Below are positions 29,984 through 39,500 of a DNA stretch of 64,000 nt, piece after piece; the first letter of the stretch is position 1; every line of letters starts with the position of its first letter. Source of the DNA: a virus; IMG/VR virus record IMGVR_UViG_3300042503_001836, positions 54,554 to 118,553 of that record; one strand, written 5' to 3'. The position numbers and the translations under genes are program-made. The notes under the pieces were generated by a model, which saw only the letters and a list, made by a program, of their open reading frames with translations, made no database searches and was not told where the DNA came from.

Positions 29984-30382
29984 TCAAGGTAATAGCAGAC
30001 TCAACGCGGACAGAACAGGAGCAGACAAACCATTAGTTTTAATTAACTCGGTAATAATCGCTTCTGTCCGTTCACTGACTTTCCGATTATTCTCTTTAAT
30101 TTCGTCTGCAAAGGGCAACAAGTCCACAAAATCAATACTCGGATCTGTTTCTTTTTTGAACCCGTTAAACAGTCCAGACCATCCGATAGCGTGAACCCTT
30201 GCCTCAATGTTTGACTGCTCTTTCCTGTTCTTTTCGAGTGCTTCAATACACTCAAAAACTATATGAATAGGCTGATCGAGAAAGGTATCCCAATCAGCAA
30301 ATCTAGGGTCTAATATCCTGTAAGATTGGATTCTCCAGTAGATGCTACTCCAGTCAATTGGACTGGTTGCTGTTGCTCCCCC
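29984..30382 (-). CDS. gpT-like extension of the tail assembly chaperone, read via -1 frameshift
   Basis: Start-less 132-codon frame (GGATATSPIDWSSIYWRIQSY...LSLLLP) opening at G-GGG-GAG (30376-30382), between chaperone and tape measure genes. Confidence 0.75.
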   Translation of the reverse strand, partial: GGATATSPIDWSSIYWRIQSYRILDPRFADWDTFLDQPIHIVFECIEALEKNRKEQSNIEARVHAIGWSGLFNGFKKETDPSIDFVDLLPFADEIKENNRKVSERTEAIITELIKTNGLSAPVLSALSLLLP

Positions 30383-31143
30383 TGGACAGCCGCATTAGTT
30401 ACAGGTGCTTCTACTTGCCAACGACTGCGCTCATTTTCATAGAATTTGTAAATAGCCCCTACAAATTCATTACTACAACCTTTAGTATCTTCTTCTGTCC
30501 AATCTTCAGTACCAACCTGATATTTTTTCTCAGCTTTGTTGTACAAGAAACCAGTCACAGCTTCCAGATTTTCAGACACAGGCAATACATTAATATTCAG
30601 ATAATCTTGCTCATTAGCAGGTTCATGATTACCGTTAACAACTACTAAGCAATCACCAAATTTAATTACCTGTCTATCTTTCAGATAAAAGTTAACAGGC
30701 GCAATTTTAATCTGAGTAGAATTAAATGCTACAGGTACTAACAATTCCACAGGGAAAGCTACCCGTTTTTGGATTAATAAAGTAGCTATAGCAATAGAAA
30801 CAGAAGCACTATCAATGGCACTTAAAGAATTTAACTCAGTAAAATCTTCAATGTAGTCATAAATCACCGCAGAATTATCAACCTCAACACCACTATCAGC
30901 GTTGCGAGTTGGAGACAATAATTCTTGAGCCTCAGCAATAGTTACACCACGATCTACAGAGATTTTTTTAACTAATTTAGAAGCAATAATCGCTGCTTTT
31001 TGACGTTTAGCGTCAATCATATCCACAGCACTAGCTTCGCCAACAGTTAAAGATCCGCGCTTTTCTAAATAGATAATTCCTGATAGATCATCACCAACTG
31101 GTACAATTTCGTATCTTGGTTTTTTATTAATTACTGGACGCAT
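30310..31143 (-). CDS. Tail assembly chaperone (gpG-like)
   Basis: Between major tail and tape measure genes; slippery site near the 3' end; likely start MRPVINKK. Confidence 0.7.
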   Translation of the reverse strand: MRPVINKKPRYEIVPVGDDLSGIIYLEKRGSLTVGEASAVDMIDAKRQKAAIIASKLVKKISVDRGVTIAEAQELLSPTRNADSGVEVDNSAVIYDYIEDFTELNSLSAIDSASVSIAIATLLIQKRVAFPVELLVPVAFNSTQIKIAPVNFYLKDRQVIKFGDCLVVVNGNHEPANEQDYLNINVLPVSENLEAVTGFLYNKAEKKYQVGTEDWTEEDTKGCSNEFVGAIYKFYENERSRWQVEAPVTNAAVQGEQQQPVQLTGVASTGESNLTGY

Positions 31144-31369
31144 ATTCAATCTCCAAATTATCATCTGAGTCTGCAAAAACTTGATAGGTTGCCACCATCT
31201 GAACTGAATCAGGGATTTTAATTTTGTAGGTAGATTTGTCATTAGAAACAATAATTTCTCCAGATAAACCACCCCTAAAAACTGCCGCACCACAAAGCAA
31301 CCTATCTTGAGCAATGCGGCAGTTGATTAAGATAGCCAGTAAACCTGTACTATCTTTCAAAACTTTCAT
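31127..31369 (-). CDS. Small hypothetical tail-module protein
   Basis: Start overlaps the major tail protein stop; 80 aa. Confidence 0.6.
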   Translation of the reverse strand: MKVLKDSTGLLAILINCRIAQDRLLCGAAVFRGGLSGEIIVSNDKSTYKIKIPDSVQMVATYQVFADSDDNLEIEYASSN

Positions 31370-32127
31370 TAGAGGTTATAGGATGGGAAACCATTAGCTA
31401 AACCACCAGAAGCATAATAGGCAGGTGTCCAAATCCAATCGTCTTGGAACTCTAAAGTAAATGTATACTTCATTACTTCCATTGGTGTACCTGTCAAGTT
31501 TAAAGCGGTAGATTTAGCAGCACCTTCAAATCTAGATCCGTTAGGATAGGTAGCGATAGCATACAATTCACGGTTCATGTACACAGGATCAAAGTGTGTA
31601 CGTTTAATAAATTGTTCTAAGGCAATATCACCTACATACTCAATACCTTCTACAGATATTTCCCGTTTAGAACGGATAATAGCAGAGCTAGTACCAGAAC
31701 CGGATTGAGAATGGGTGGTATCAACAACAGTAGGAGAAGGCTGTAACCCAAAGCTGGTAATTCCCAATAATGGGAACATATCTTGCACTAAACGAGATGT
31801 AGAATTGACGGCAATGGGATCTAACAGAGGTGCAATACTCAAAGTAACGGCAGTTGTACCGTTGAGAGTTGCGTTAGCTAACACTAAAGCCTGTTGTCTG
31901 TTAAGAGGATTAGAAGGTGCAACAAAATTTAAAGAAGTACCCGCAGCAATTGTGTAAGTAACACCAGCAGTAGTAGCAACACTGAGAGTAGTAGCACCTT
32001 CAGCCGCACCAGATGGAGCGGTAATAGTTGCACTGGTAACACTCCGAGTATTTTCAGGTAGCAACTTCAAATCTAAAGTATAGTTTTGAAGAATTACAGT
32101 TTGTACGGGACGATTAGCAGTTGCCAT
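31369..32127 (-). CDS. Major tail (tube) protein
   Basis: PLLGITSFGLQPSPTVVDTT...YPNGSRFEGAA...KYTFTLEFQ tube-protein pattern; synteny. Confidence 0.8.
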   Translation of the reverse strand: MATANRPVQTVILQNYTLDLKLLPENTRSVTSATITAPSGAAEGATTLSVATTAGVTYTIAAGTSLNFVAPSNPLNRQQALVLANATLNGTTAVTLSIAPLLDPIAVNSTSRLVQDMFPLLGITSFGLQPSPTVVDTTHSQSGSGTSSAIIRSKREISVEGIEYVGDIALEQFIKRTHFDPVYMNRELYAIATYPNGSRFEGAAKSTALNLTGTPMEVMKYTFTLEFQDDWIWTPAYYASGGLANGFPSYNL

Positions 32128-32168
32128 AGTTTAAAAATCCTATTTGAGATTAAACAAAATTAAAAAGA

Positions 32169-32780
32169 TTAAGCAGTTCTAGCTACGCGGATATTGCTAT
32201 AGAAAGCATCTAAATCCACGCTAGGGGCATTACCTTGAGCATCAACTAAGTTAATAATTGCACTAGCGTTAGCTGCCGTACCTGCTGTACCATTCAAACT
32301 ACCGTTATAAAGAAACAAAGTAGGACGGATAGAGACTACAGATCCCGACTTAACGTAGGTTAAGCGAATACCCCAAGTAGTTGGAGTAATGGCAGGAGGT
32401 GTAATTGTTAAAGTTGTGCTGTTAGCAGATGAACTACTAGCAGAAGGCGCAACGCTTAAAGTAATAGATGTAGTGCTATTAACAGCAGTTACAGTGTTAG
32501 CAGAAATAGTACCACCGCCACTATCTACTGTTACGACATCACCCACTCGCACAGATGCAAAACCATCAGCAGTAGTAGTGGTAATAGTGGTGTTACTCGC
32601 TACTAAGTTACAGCCAGCTACATTAAACGCGCTGGGAGTAATAGACGCATGGTTGAAAGGAAGAAAGTAAGACTCTTCTGAACCTGTATCAACTTCTACC
32701 GCAGTACCCGCATTGATAACCGCGTTAGTTGAGTTTGTAGTAACAGATTTTGGACGACTAAAATCTAAAGTGATGGGCAT
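32169..32780 (-). CDS. Virion structural/decoration protein
   Basis: T/S-rich beta protein within the head-tail operon. Confidence 0.5.
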   Translation of the reverse strand: MPITLDFSRPKSVTTNSTNAVINAGTAVEVDTGSEESYFLPFNHASITPSAFNVAGCNLVASNTTITTTTADGFASVRVGDVVTVDSGGGTISANTVTAVNSTTSITLSVAPSASSSSANSTTLTITPPAITPTTWGIRLTYVKSGSVVSIRPTLFLYNGSLNGTAGTAANASAIINLVDAQGNAPSVDLDAFYSNIRVARTA

Positions 32781-32784
32781 AACA

Positions 32785-33153
32785 TTAAATTACAATAGGG
32801 TCAAAAATGAGGATTCTGCTTTGTTCTAAAGTGTCTGACGCTGCCGGAAGATGGGTATAGCGAGTCACATTAAAACGTTTTTCAATCTTGGAAACTGCTA
32901 GAGGTAGATTAGAGTTTTTAGCCCAATTCCTCAAAGTCACTTCCCATAATTGTGGTTTGTACTTATACCCGGCACTAGTAGCCATAGCTACAGTATCGGG
33001 AGTTTCTTTAATCAAACATTCAAGCCCGTTACTAGAAGAAGGAGGTTGAGAAGAACTCCCATAAACCCAAACGGAGGGAGTTCCATTTGAGTAAACACCT
33101 AGCTCCGTAGCTAACAAAGTGGTTAAAATCCTTCTTAAATCAGCTACTTTCAT
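32785..33153 (-). CDS. Putative tail terminator / completion protein
   Basis: Size and synteny. Confidence 0.5.
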   Translation of the reverse strand: MKVADLRRILTTLLATELGVYSNGTPSVWVYGSSSQPPSSSNGLECLIKETPDTVAMATSAGYKYKPQLWEVTLRNWAKNSNLPLAVSKIEKRFNVTRYTHLPAASDTLEQSRILIFDPIVI

Positions 33154-33535
33154 ATTGCACCTGATAAGAATTTTTTAACGCACCTGTATCAACGATATCT
33201 CTAGGAGAATCAACAATAGCACCACTTTTTCTAACTGTAGTGCGCGGCCATTGCCACCTAGTATCGCTAATATTTAATTGACAGTTTTCACCAAATCCTT
33301 CGGACATTTTTAAAAATGCCTCTTTGAAGCTTTCGGATTGGGAAAAACCATCAGCATAATTTTCTAAAAAATCATATTCTTTGATAGCTACATCTACCCA
33401 AGGTCGGGCAGGTTTTACATTACCATTAACAGAAGTTGTACCCTCATGAACCATAGCAGCATAAGGTGTATTCCAAGAATGAATTGCCTTAAGTTTTTTA
33501 GGAATATTAATTTGATTCCAGTTAACTTCTACCAT
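33140..33535 (-). CDS. HK97 gp10-like neck/tail-completion protein
   Basis: YAAMVHEGT..PARPW and VDTGALKNS motifs (in permuted order). Confidence 0.7.
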   Translation of the reverse strand: MVEVNWNQINIPKKLKAIHSWNTPYAAMVHEGTTSVNGNVKPARPWVDVAIKEYDFLENYADGFSQSESFKEAFLKMSEGFGENCQLNISDTRWQWPRTTVRKSGAIVDSPRDIVDTGALKNSYQVQYESS

Positions 33536-33539
33536 TTCT

Positions 33540-33965
33540 TTACACCTTACTAGCTATGGTTAAAGTACCTTTTATATACTTATTTCTAGATATTAAATAA
33601 TTAGTAATCCGATTTTGAACAACTGGTTTGAATCTCCAGATACCGACGGTTTCCATTCCTTGGGCATCAGTTAAAACTCCCGTTGCTATAGATTCATAAC
33701 TGATTTCTGGAGGTAACTCTGAAGTTAATCTGCCTTTAAGTCGCATCACTTGTTGTCCTATTTCTGCCACTTCAGGAATAACGCTAGGTTGAGAGTCATT
33801 GCTTACCGTTGCTGTCACCACAACATTAGTAGAACTTTCAACTAAATTCCCCACAGCATCCTCAATAAATTGTCCGCCACCCACTTTAAAAGTTAAGATT
33901 AAATTAGTCGCAAAATGCGGCTGATTTACATAACCAATAGTTTGGGAAACATAGGACTCTATCAT
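33540..33965 (-). CDS. Putative head-closure/stopper protein
   Basis: EDAVGNLVE motif, size, synteny. Confidence 0.5.
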   Translation of the reverse strand: MIESYVSQTIGYVNQPHFATNLILTFKVGGGQFIEDAVGNLVESSTNVVVTATVSNDSQPSVIPEVAEIGQQVMRLKGRLTSELPPEISYESIATGVLTDAQGMETVGIWRFKPVVQNRITNYLISRNKYIKGTLTIASKV

Positions 33966-34377
33966 GATTTACTTTGCTGATTTTATTGTTAAATATCCAG
34001 AATTTGCAGGTGAGGAAACTAAGTTTGATTTATTTATGACTGATGTTTTGTCAGAAATAAATATTTATAATTGGGGAACTTTAAGAAACACAGCAACAGA
34101 ATTGCTAATAGCTCATAAAATCTCCATTACTAAACCTAGTGAGAACAGCGACTACACGGCAGGAACATTAAGAATTTTAGAAGTAGAAGATGATTCTTAC
34201 CGAGTGGAATTACAACAGTTAGCCAACAACAGTTATGCTTTGAGTAAATACGGATTGGAATACCAACGACTCTTAAAAATAGTTACCTATTCCAGTGATG
34301 AAAGGGCATCTTTTACAAAAGGAACTTCCATCACTGGAACAACAGGTACTAACAAGATCCGATGGTCACAGTACTAA
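33964..34377 (+). CDS. Head-tail adaptor (DUF4054-like)
   Basis: FIVKYPEF..ATELLIAH..SKYGLEYQRL motif. Confidence 0.8.
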   Translation: MIYFADFIVKYPEFAGEETKFDLFMTDVLSEINIYNWGTLRNTATELLIAHKISITKPSENSDYTAGTLRILEVEDDSYRVELQQLANNSYALSKYGLEYQRLLKIVTYSSDERASFTKGTSITGTTGTNKIRWSQY

Positions 34378-35534
34378 GCTACTTCCACTTTTCTTGCACC
34401 GATAAACCGAGGATCGGGTACTAAGGGGAAACCGCGACCAGCTACAGTAATTTTTTCTTGGGGTGGTTCTTTACTAACTATTTCAGTAGTTGTAACTAAA
34501 CCACCTGCAAAGTTATTAGATGCAGTGGGTACAATTGCCCGTTCAATATAGTTATCGGTTGCAAAGAAATAGTGGTTAGCTGGGATGTAAGGAAGTGTTT
34601 GAGTGCCGGACACAGTTGCACCACGTTGGTAGTAGAAAGCATCAGATACGATGATCTGAGTAGTTCCATACTGACCACCACCAGCAATTAAACGCTTGTT
34701 AATTGCGTCACTTACAGCCTCTAGAGATGGAGGAGGTAATTGACCAATAGCAGTAGCGTCTGGTGCGCCAACTTCCATTAACACGCCAGTATTACGAGCT
34801 ACAATTGCCTTAGTGCTGTTCTGATTCCGTAAATCATTAGCTGTTTTACGAGACATGACAATAAACGGAGGGAACTTCTTCAGGTTGTTGTAGTATTCGT
34901 TCATGTGGTTAACAATATCGTTGATACCGTTAGCTGTTACCCAATTACTCCATACTGCCGAACCTGTCAAAGCAGAAGCTAGATTACCGTTAGGGATTTG
35001 ACCAATGTAACTAAGGTTAGCAGTAATGCCTGATACAGGATCAGCGTAATTACAAGCACCTGTACAAGCAACCTGTAAAGACATTACAGTATGTAAGTTA
35101 ATTAGAGATTGGGTAAGCATTGCCGGAACAGCTAAGAACATATTGCGAATAGCTTCGGCAGCTTGACCATTACCAGTTAAAGCTAATTGTTCAGCCTGAC
35201 GGGCAACAATAAAATCCTCTTCAGTGATTAAACGAGATTTAGCAAGTTTAAAGTTACCAAAAGTTTCTTGAGTAACAGTGATGCGCTCGCTATCTTTAGG
35301 GATATCGCCATCAGTTGCCACAACATAACCCACAGTTGGGGTATAGGAACGCAACTTTAATAATGCCAGGATAGGATCTGAGTATTGGACAAAAGGAAAG
35401 AAGCGATTTAATGCAGGGTCAGGATAACCGTCGCGGTAGACCTCGCCTGTACTGGAGACTGTAGATAGCTGCAAGTCAATAGCACGCTGAACTACACCAG
35501 GTTGATTGTTTACTAATTCAATAATTGAAGGCAT
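34374..35534 (-). CDS. Major capsid protein (lambda gpE-like)
   Basis: 386 aa, follows protease and decoration genes; LTGSAVW..INDI..IVMS..KEPPQEKITV..FPLV pattern. Confidence 0.8.
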   Translation of the reverse strand: MPSIIELVNNQPGVVQRAIDLQLSTVSSTGEVYRDGYPDPALNRFFPFVQYSDPILALLKLRSYTPTVGYVVATDGDIPKDSERITVTQETFGNFKLAKSRLITEEDFIVARQAEQLALTGNGQAAEAIRNMFLAVPAMLTQSLINLHTVMSLQVACTGACNYADPVSGITANLSYIGQIPNGNLASALTGSAVWSNWVTANGINDIVNHMNEYYNNLKKFPPFIVMSRKTANDLRNQNSTKAIVARNTGVLMEVGAPDATAIGQLPPPSLEAVSDAINKRLIAGGGQYGTTQIIVSDAFYYQRGATVSGTQTLPYIPANHYFFATDNYIERAIVPTASNNFAGGLVTTTEIVSKEPPQEKITVAGRGFPLVPDPRFIGARKVEVA

Positions 35535-35547
35535 CTTCTAGCACCAC

Positions 35548-36480
35548 CTAAACTAAATTGATTTGAGAATACAACGCAGTCAATTGACCATCTATGTAGG
35601 GAAGTCGGTTTAGATAAACGTCGGTATCTATGTATAAACCGAAATTTTGACTTTCTCTGTATAACAAGTCAATGGGAATAGATGGGGAAAGCATACCTAA
35701 ATTATCAGGTAAACTTGTGGATACACCTAAAGGCATACCTAAAGGAACAGATACAGCAGCCGCGCTAATAGTAACTACATCAGTAGCAGTATTAACAGCA
35801 GAGATAGTCCCTACCGTAGTATTTGGTGCAAGATTAGCAGCCGAAGCAGTAACAGTACCATTAGTAGCAGTATCAGCCGCAGCTAAACTATATACACTGG
35901 TAAAATCTTTAGCCCACAAAACAATATCTGTGCTAGTGCCAGAACCAGCTATAGCTAAACCACTAACTAAACTAGATAGATAAGGATTAGCATTGATGGC
36001 TACGATTAGCTTATTAGCTACATTGGTGTTAGTTGCAGTCAAAGATCCGCCACTATCACCACTAACAACGGTATAAACTAAAGCTTGTCCGTTGATGGTT
36101 AATGTGACAGTATCACCAGCAGCCCAACCACCACTAGTAGAAGCAACGTTAATCCGTGCAGATGGGGGAATAATAGAGAGGACATCGCCAGGTATAAAAA
36201 TACCCGCAGTACCAGATTTAAAGGTAACGCTTGTACCACTGGCAGCAGTGGCAGCAACGGTTGTCATGCGTGGTAAAATCCGAGCTTTTGCAGAACCAGG
36301 AATACTACCAGCAAAAAAACCAGGGGCGAAAATCTTGACCAGTTTTCTAATAGCACCTTCTTTACCAGTGACATAGTCAGGATCTAAAGATTGATAGCGA
36401 GTAGCAATAGCCTCGGATCTAGCTAGTACAGGTAAAAACCCTGATAACTCGTCATCGTAAACGTAAGTTTCGTGTCTCAT
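35548..36480 (-). CDS. Head decoration protein with beta-rich insertion
   Basis: Between protease and capsid genes; C-terminal VYLNRLP motif. Confidence 0.6.
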   Translation of the reverse strand: MRHETYVYDDELSGFLPVLARSEAIATRYQSLDPDYVTGKEGAIRKLVKIFAPGFFAGSIPGSAKARILPRMTTVAATAASGTSVTFKSGTAGIFIPGDVLSIIPPSARINVASTSGGWAAGDTVTLTINGQALVYTVVSGDSGGSLTATNTNVANKLIVAINANPYLSSLVSGLAIAGSGTSTDIVLWAKDFTSVYSLAAADTATNGTVTASAANLAPNTTVGTISAVNTATDVVTISAAAVSVPLGMPLGVSTSLPDNLGMLSPSIPIDLLYRESQNFGLYIDTDVYLNRLPYIDGQLTALYSQINLV

Positions 36481-36491
36481 TTTTTATAACC

Positions 36492-37688
36492 TTACATAAA
36501 GATAGGTGATTGATTTACAGTTTTAAGCAATTCCGCCGCATGGGATTCAATCTGTTTAGAATCAATTTGTCCAGGATTAGAAACTGGTTCTTTCACAGAT
36601 TGTTCAAGATTGATTAGCGGTTTAGCTCGTTTTTCAATCAAACTTAAGTGAAAATCAATATAGCCAAGTTTGTCGGTTTGGGACTTAGTATGAATCTCAA
36701 TATCCTCACTGGGAACAGTAGAGAATAATTCATTGAACTCACTACCGGACAATTTAGCTTGAGATACTAAATCTTCTGCTTTTTGACGTAAATCATAGTA
36801 ACGACTAGCTACTAATTCTTTTTTCTCAAAATTAGAAATGATTTCAGCTTTTTGTTCTAAGAGCCATTCAAACTGTTTAACTTGTTCAGCTAACTTACCA
36901 TTTTCGCTAACTAGGATTTGTTGTTTAGCTTGCAGGTTGCTATTTTCACTAATTAAAACTTCCTGTTTAGATTTTAGGGAAGCATTAATATTGTTAGCCT
37001 CTGATAATGCAGACTTAGTAGATGCTAACTCTAATTCTAAGGATTTAGTATCAGGTTGATTCATGGTTTTTTCTTGTAATTGTGGATAAAAATTGGGGTT
37101 TCCATCAATAGTTACATTGTCTAGTTCCACAAAAGATTTACCATAACCCACTGTAGGATCTGAGGGTATATCTTCTGATGAAATTTCAAATAAAACTATT
37201 TTTGTGGCTTCTAAAAGTGCTTTTTTAGTTATCTTTCTATAACCATCTTCATCAATAGAATATTCAGCAGGCGTAATAACCTTGTATTCTTCTACCATGT
37301 AGCCAAAGCTAATTCCGCCGCAAGTTCCATCTTCAATATCGGATATAAATTGATCGGCTAAAGCATTTTTAGATAACTTTGTTATGCAAGTACCTTTCTC
37401 ACCATCTAAAGATACACTTCTAATAATGCCGATCTTCTGACCACGAGCATGGTTTTTAAGGAAAGGACAAGCATTGCTAGTAACTCTAGTCAGATCCCAA
37501 GCTTCAGGATCATGGGATAGGTACTCATCAAAGATAACGCTTGCGCCATCTGGAAGTTCTGAGTAACTATATCTTTCACAGATATTACTTTTAGAAGTAA
37601 AGGAAAAACCGACAGTTCTTTCTTCACGGTTCAATTGTAAATCTGTAGATAAAAATTTAGTTAATAACGATTTATTTTTTGTAGCCAT
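36492..37688 (-). CDS. Prohead protease with C-terminal scaffold coiled coil
   Basis: PFLKNH..IG, GISFGY, LFEIS..IPSDPTVG HK97-type protease motifs. Confidence 0.88.
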   Translation of the reverse strand: MATKNKSLLTKFLSTDLQLNREERTVGFSFTSKSNICERYSYSELPDGASVIFDEYLSHDPEAWDLTRVTSNACPFLKNHARGQKIGIIRSVSLDGEKGTCITKLSKNALADQFISDIEDGTCGGISFGYMVEEYKVITPAEYSIDEDGYRKITKKALLEATKIVLFEISSEDIPSDPTVGYGKSFVELDNVTIDGNPNFYPQLQEKTMNQPDTKSLELELASTKSALSEANNINASLKSKQEVLISENSNLQAKQQILVSENGKLAEQVKQFEWLLEQKAEIISNFEKKELVASRYYDLRQKAEDLVSQAKLSGSEFNELFSTVPSEDIEIHTKSQTDKLGYIDFHLSLIEKRAKPLINLEQSVKEPVSNPGQIDSKQIESHAAELLKTVNQSPIFM

Positions 37689-37826
37689 AAAGTGAAAATT
37701 TTTATAACTACAACCATACTAGCAACAATAATATATATTTTCATATTAGTATTAGTGAAAACCACCAATAACCGCGATTTTCACCAATATTCATGTATAA
37801 TAATCAATGAAGTTACAATTTAAAAT

Positions 37827-38090
37827 ATGACTATTATCACGGATGCCAATGTTTATGATAACCTCACAGCAGAAGAAAAAATAGGGATACACATTTTTAT
37901 CTGTAGAGAACAGAAAAATATGTCTAGGAAACAGTTGGCCTCTAAAGTAGGAAAAACTGTAGAAGTCATATCTGCAATTGAAAACTTGTTTCAGCATCGC
38001 GAATCTAGAAGACAATCAATTGCCTATAGCGAAATTGAAGCTATAGCACGCGCCTTAGATATACCTATAAATCAAATTCTCCCTAAATGA
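37827..38090 (+). CDS. XRE-family HTH regulator
   Basis: REQKNMSRKQLASKVGKTVEVISAIEN...IARALDIP. Confidence 0.85.
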   Translation: MTIITDANVYDNLTAEEKIGIHIFICREQKNMSRKQLASKVGKTVEVISAIENLFQHRESRRQSIAYSEIEAIARALDIPINQILPK

Positions 38091-38091
38091 T

Positions 38092-39495
38092 ATGTACGAC
38101 ATTACCCCCAACTCTCTAAAACTAAGCTGGGAAAATGCTCTCAGCTTTGAATCCTCTTATGTTGCCCAAAACTACTACGGTGGTGTAGATGAGAAAGGCA
38201 ACAGAAACCAAATTAACCAAGTTACTAAAACCCAGACACTCTCTTTAGTAGTCCCTAGAGATGATGAATATTTAGAAATAGATAATTTTCTTACCACTAA
38301 CTTAGGACAACCCATAATTTTTAACGGTGCATTATATTGCTGTGAGTCTTTTAAATGGACTTGTCAGAATATGCAAGTATTCACATTAGAACTGAGTTTA
38401 GTCCAGGTTTTCCGTCCCGACGTTACAGACCGTGATAAGCTAAAAATTAAATATTTCCCCTTAACACTTATTGCAGACTTTAAAGCTGCCCGTCAATATA
38501 ATTATGGTACTTTAACAGATACATTAACTACACCTAACGGTACTTATCCAGGTAACAATGCTTTTTATGGTGGTGTATTGCTATCAAACAATAGAGTATT
38601 TTGTATACCGTTTAAGTCAACAACGGCGAGAATATATAATTCATCTACAGACACATTAACTACTCCTAGCGGCACTTATCCAGGTAATGATGCTTTTGCA
38701 GGAGGTGTTTTACTACCTGATGGACGGGTATTCTGTATACCTTACAATGCCACAACAGCTAAAATATACAACGCTACTACTGACAGCTTAACCACACCTA
38801 ATGGCACTTACCCAGGAGGACAATCCTTCTATGGTGGCGTACTATTACCAGACGGACGAGTATTTTGTGTACCGTTTAGATCCACAACAGCAAGAATATA
38901 CGATCCAACCACTAACACATTAATTACACCAAGAGGAACTTATCCAGGAAACGCCGCTTTTGCAGGTGGCGTACTGATGCTAGATGGTAGAGTGTTTTGT
39001 ATACCATTTAATTCCACAACAGCTAGAATATACGATCCATCAACAGATACAGTAACTACACCTAATGGTACTTACCCAGGTGGAGGTGCTTTTATCGGTG
39101 GTGTACTATTACCAGACGGACGAGTATTCTGTGTATCATTTAATTCACCCACTGCAAGAATCTATGATCCAACTACTAACACGCTAATCACGTCTAATAA
39201 TGACTTTACTGGTAACAGTTCTTTTCTTGGTGGCGTATTGTTGCCTGATAGTAGAGTATTTTGTATCCCACATAATGCTACTAGTGCAAGAATATATAAC
39301 TCTGTGAGTGATACTGCAATTGTACCTAGTGGTGTTTATGCGGGTAGTGGTGCTTTTGCAGGTGGTGTGTTATTGGCTGACGGTAGAGTGTTCTGTGTTC
39401 CGCACAATTCGACTACTGCAAGGATCTATGGATCTGCTCTATCACCAAATCTGCCAATGGGAAGGACACATTCTGCATTTGATAATAAACTTTAA
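38092..39495 (+). CDS. gpM-like N-terminal domain fused to a 7-repeat beta-propeller (kelch-like)
   Basis: IDNFL..YCCESFKW..LELSLVQVF gpM-like end; about 7 x 46-aa repeats GGVLLPDGRVFCIP.N.TTARIYDP. Confidence 0.7.
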   Translation: MYDITPNSLKLSWENALSFESSYVAQNYYGGVDEKGNRNQINQVTKTQTLSLVVPRDDEYLEIDNFLTTNLGQPIIFNGALYCCESFKWTCQNMQVFTLELSLVQVFRPDVTDRDKLKIKYFPLTLIADFKAARQYNYGTLTDTLTTPNGTYPGNNAFYGGVLLSNNRVFCIPFKSTTARIYNSSTDTLTTPSGTYPGNDAFAGGVLLPDGRVFCIPYNATTAKIYNATTDSLTTPNGTYPGGQSFYGGVLLPDGRVFCVPFRSTTARIYDPTTNTLITPRGTYPGNAAFAGGVLMLDGRVFCIPFNSTTARIYDPSTDTVTTPNGTYPGGGAFIGGVLLPDGRVFCVSFNSPTARIYDPTTNTLITSNNDFTGNSSFLGGVLLPDSRVFCIPHNATSARIYNSVSDTAIVPSGVYAGSGAFAGGVLLADGRVFCVPHNSTTARIYGSALSPNLPMGRTHSAFDNKL

Positions 39496-39500
39496 CACAT

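Noticed and set aside
30043-30255. ORF-track 70-aa protein
   Set aside because: Overlaps the more plausible -1 frameshift gpT frame (29984-30382)
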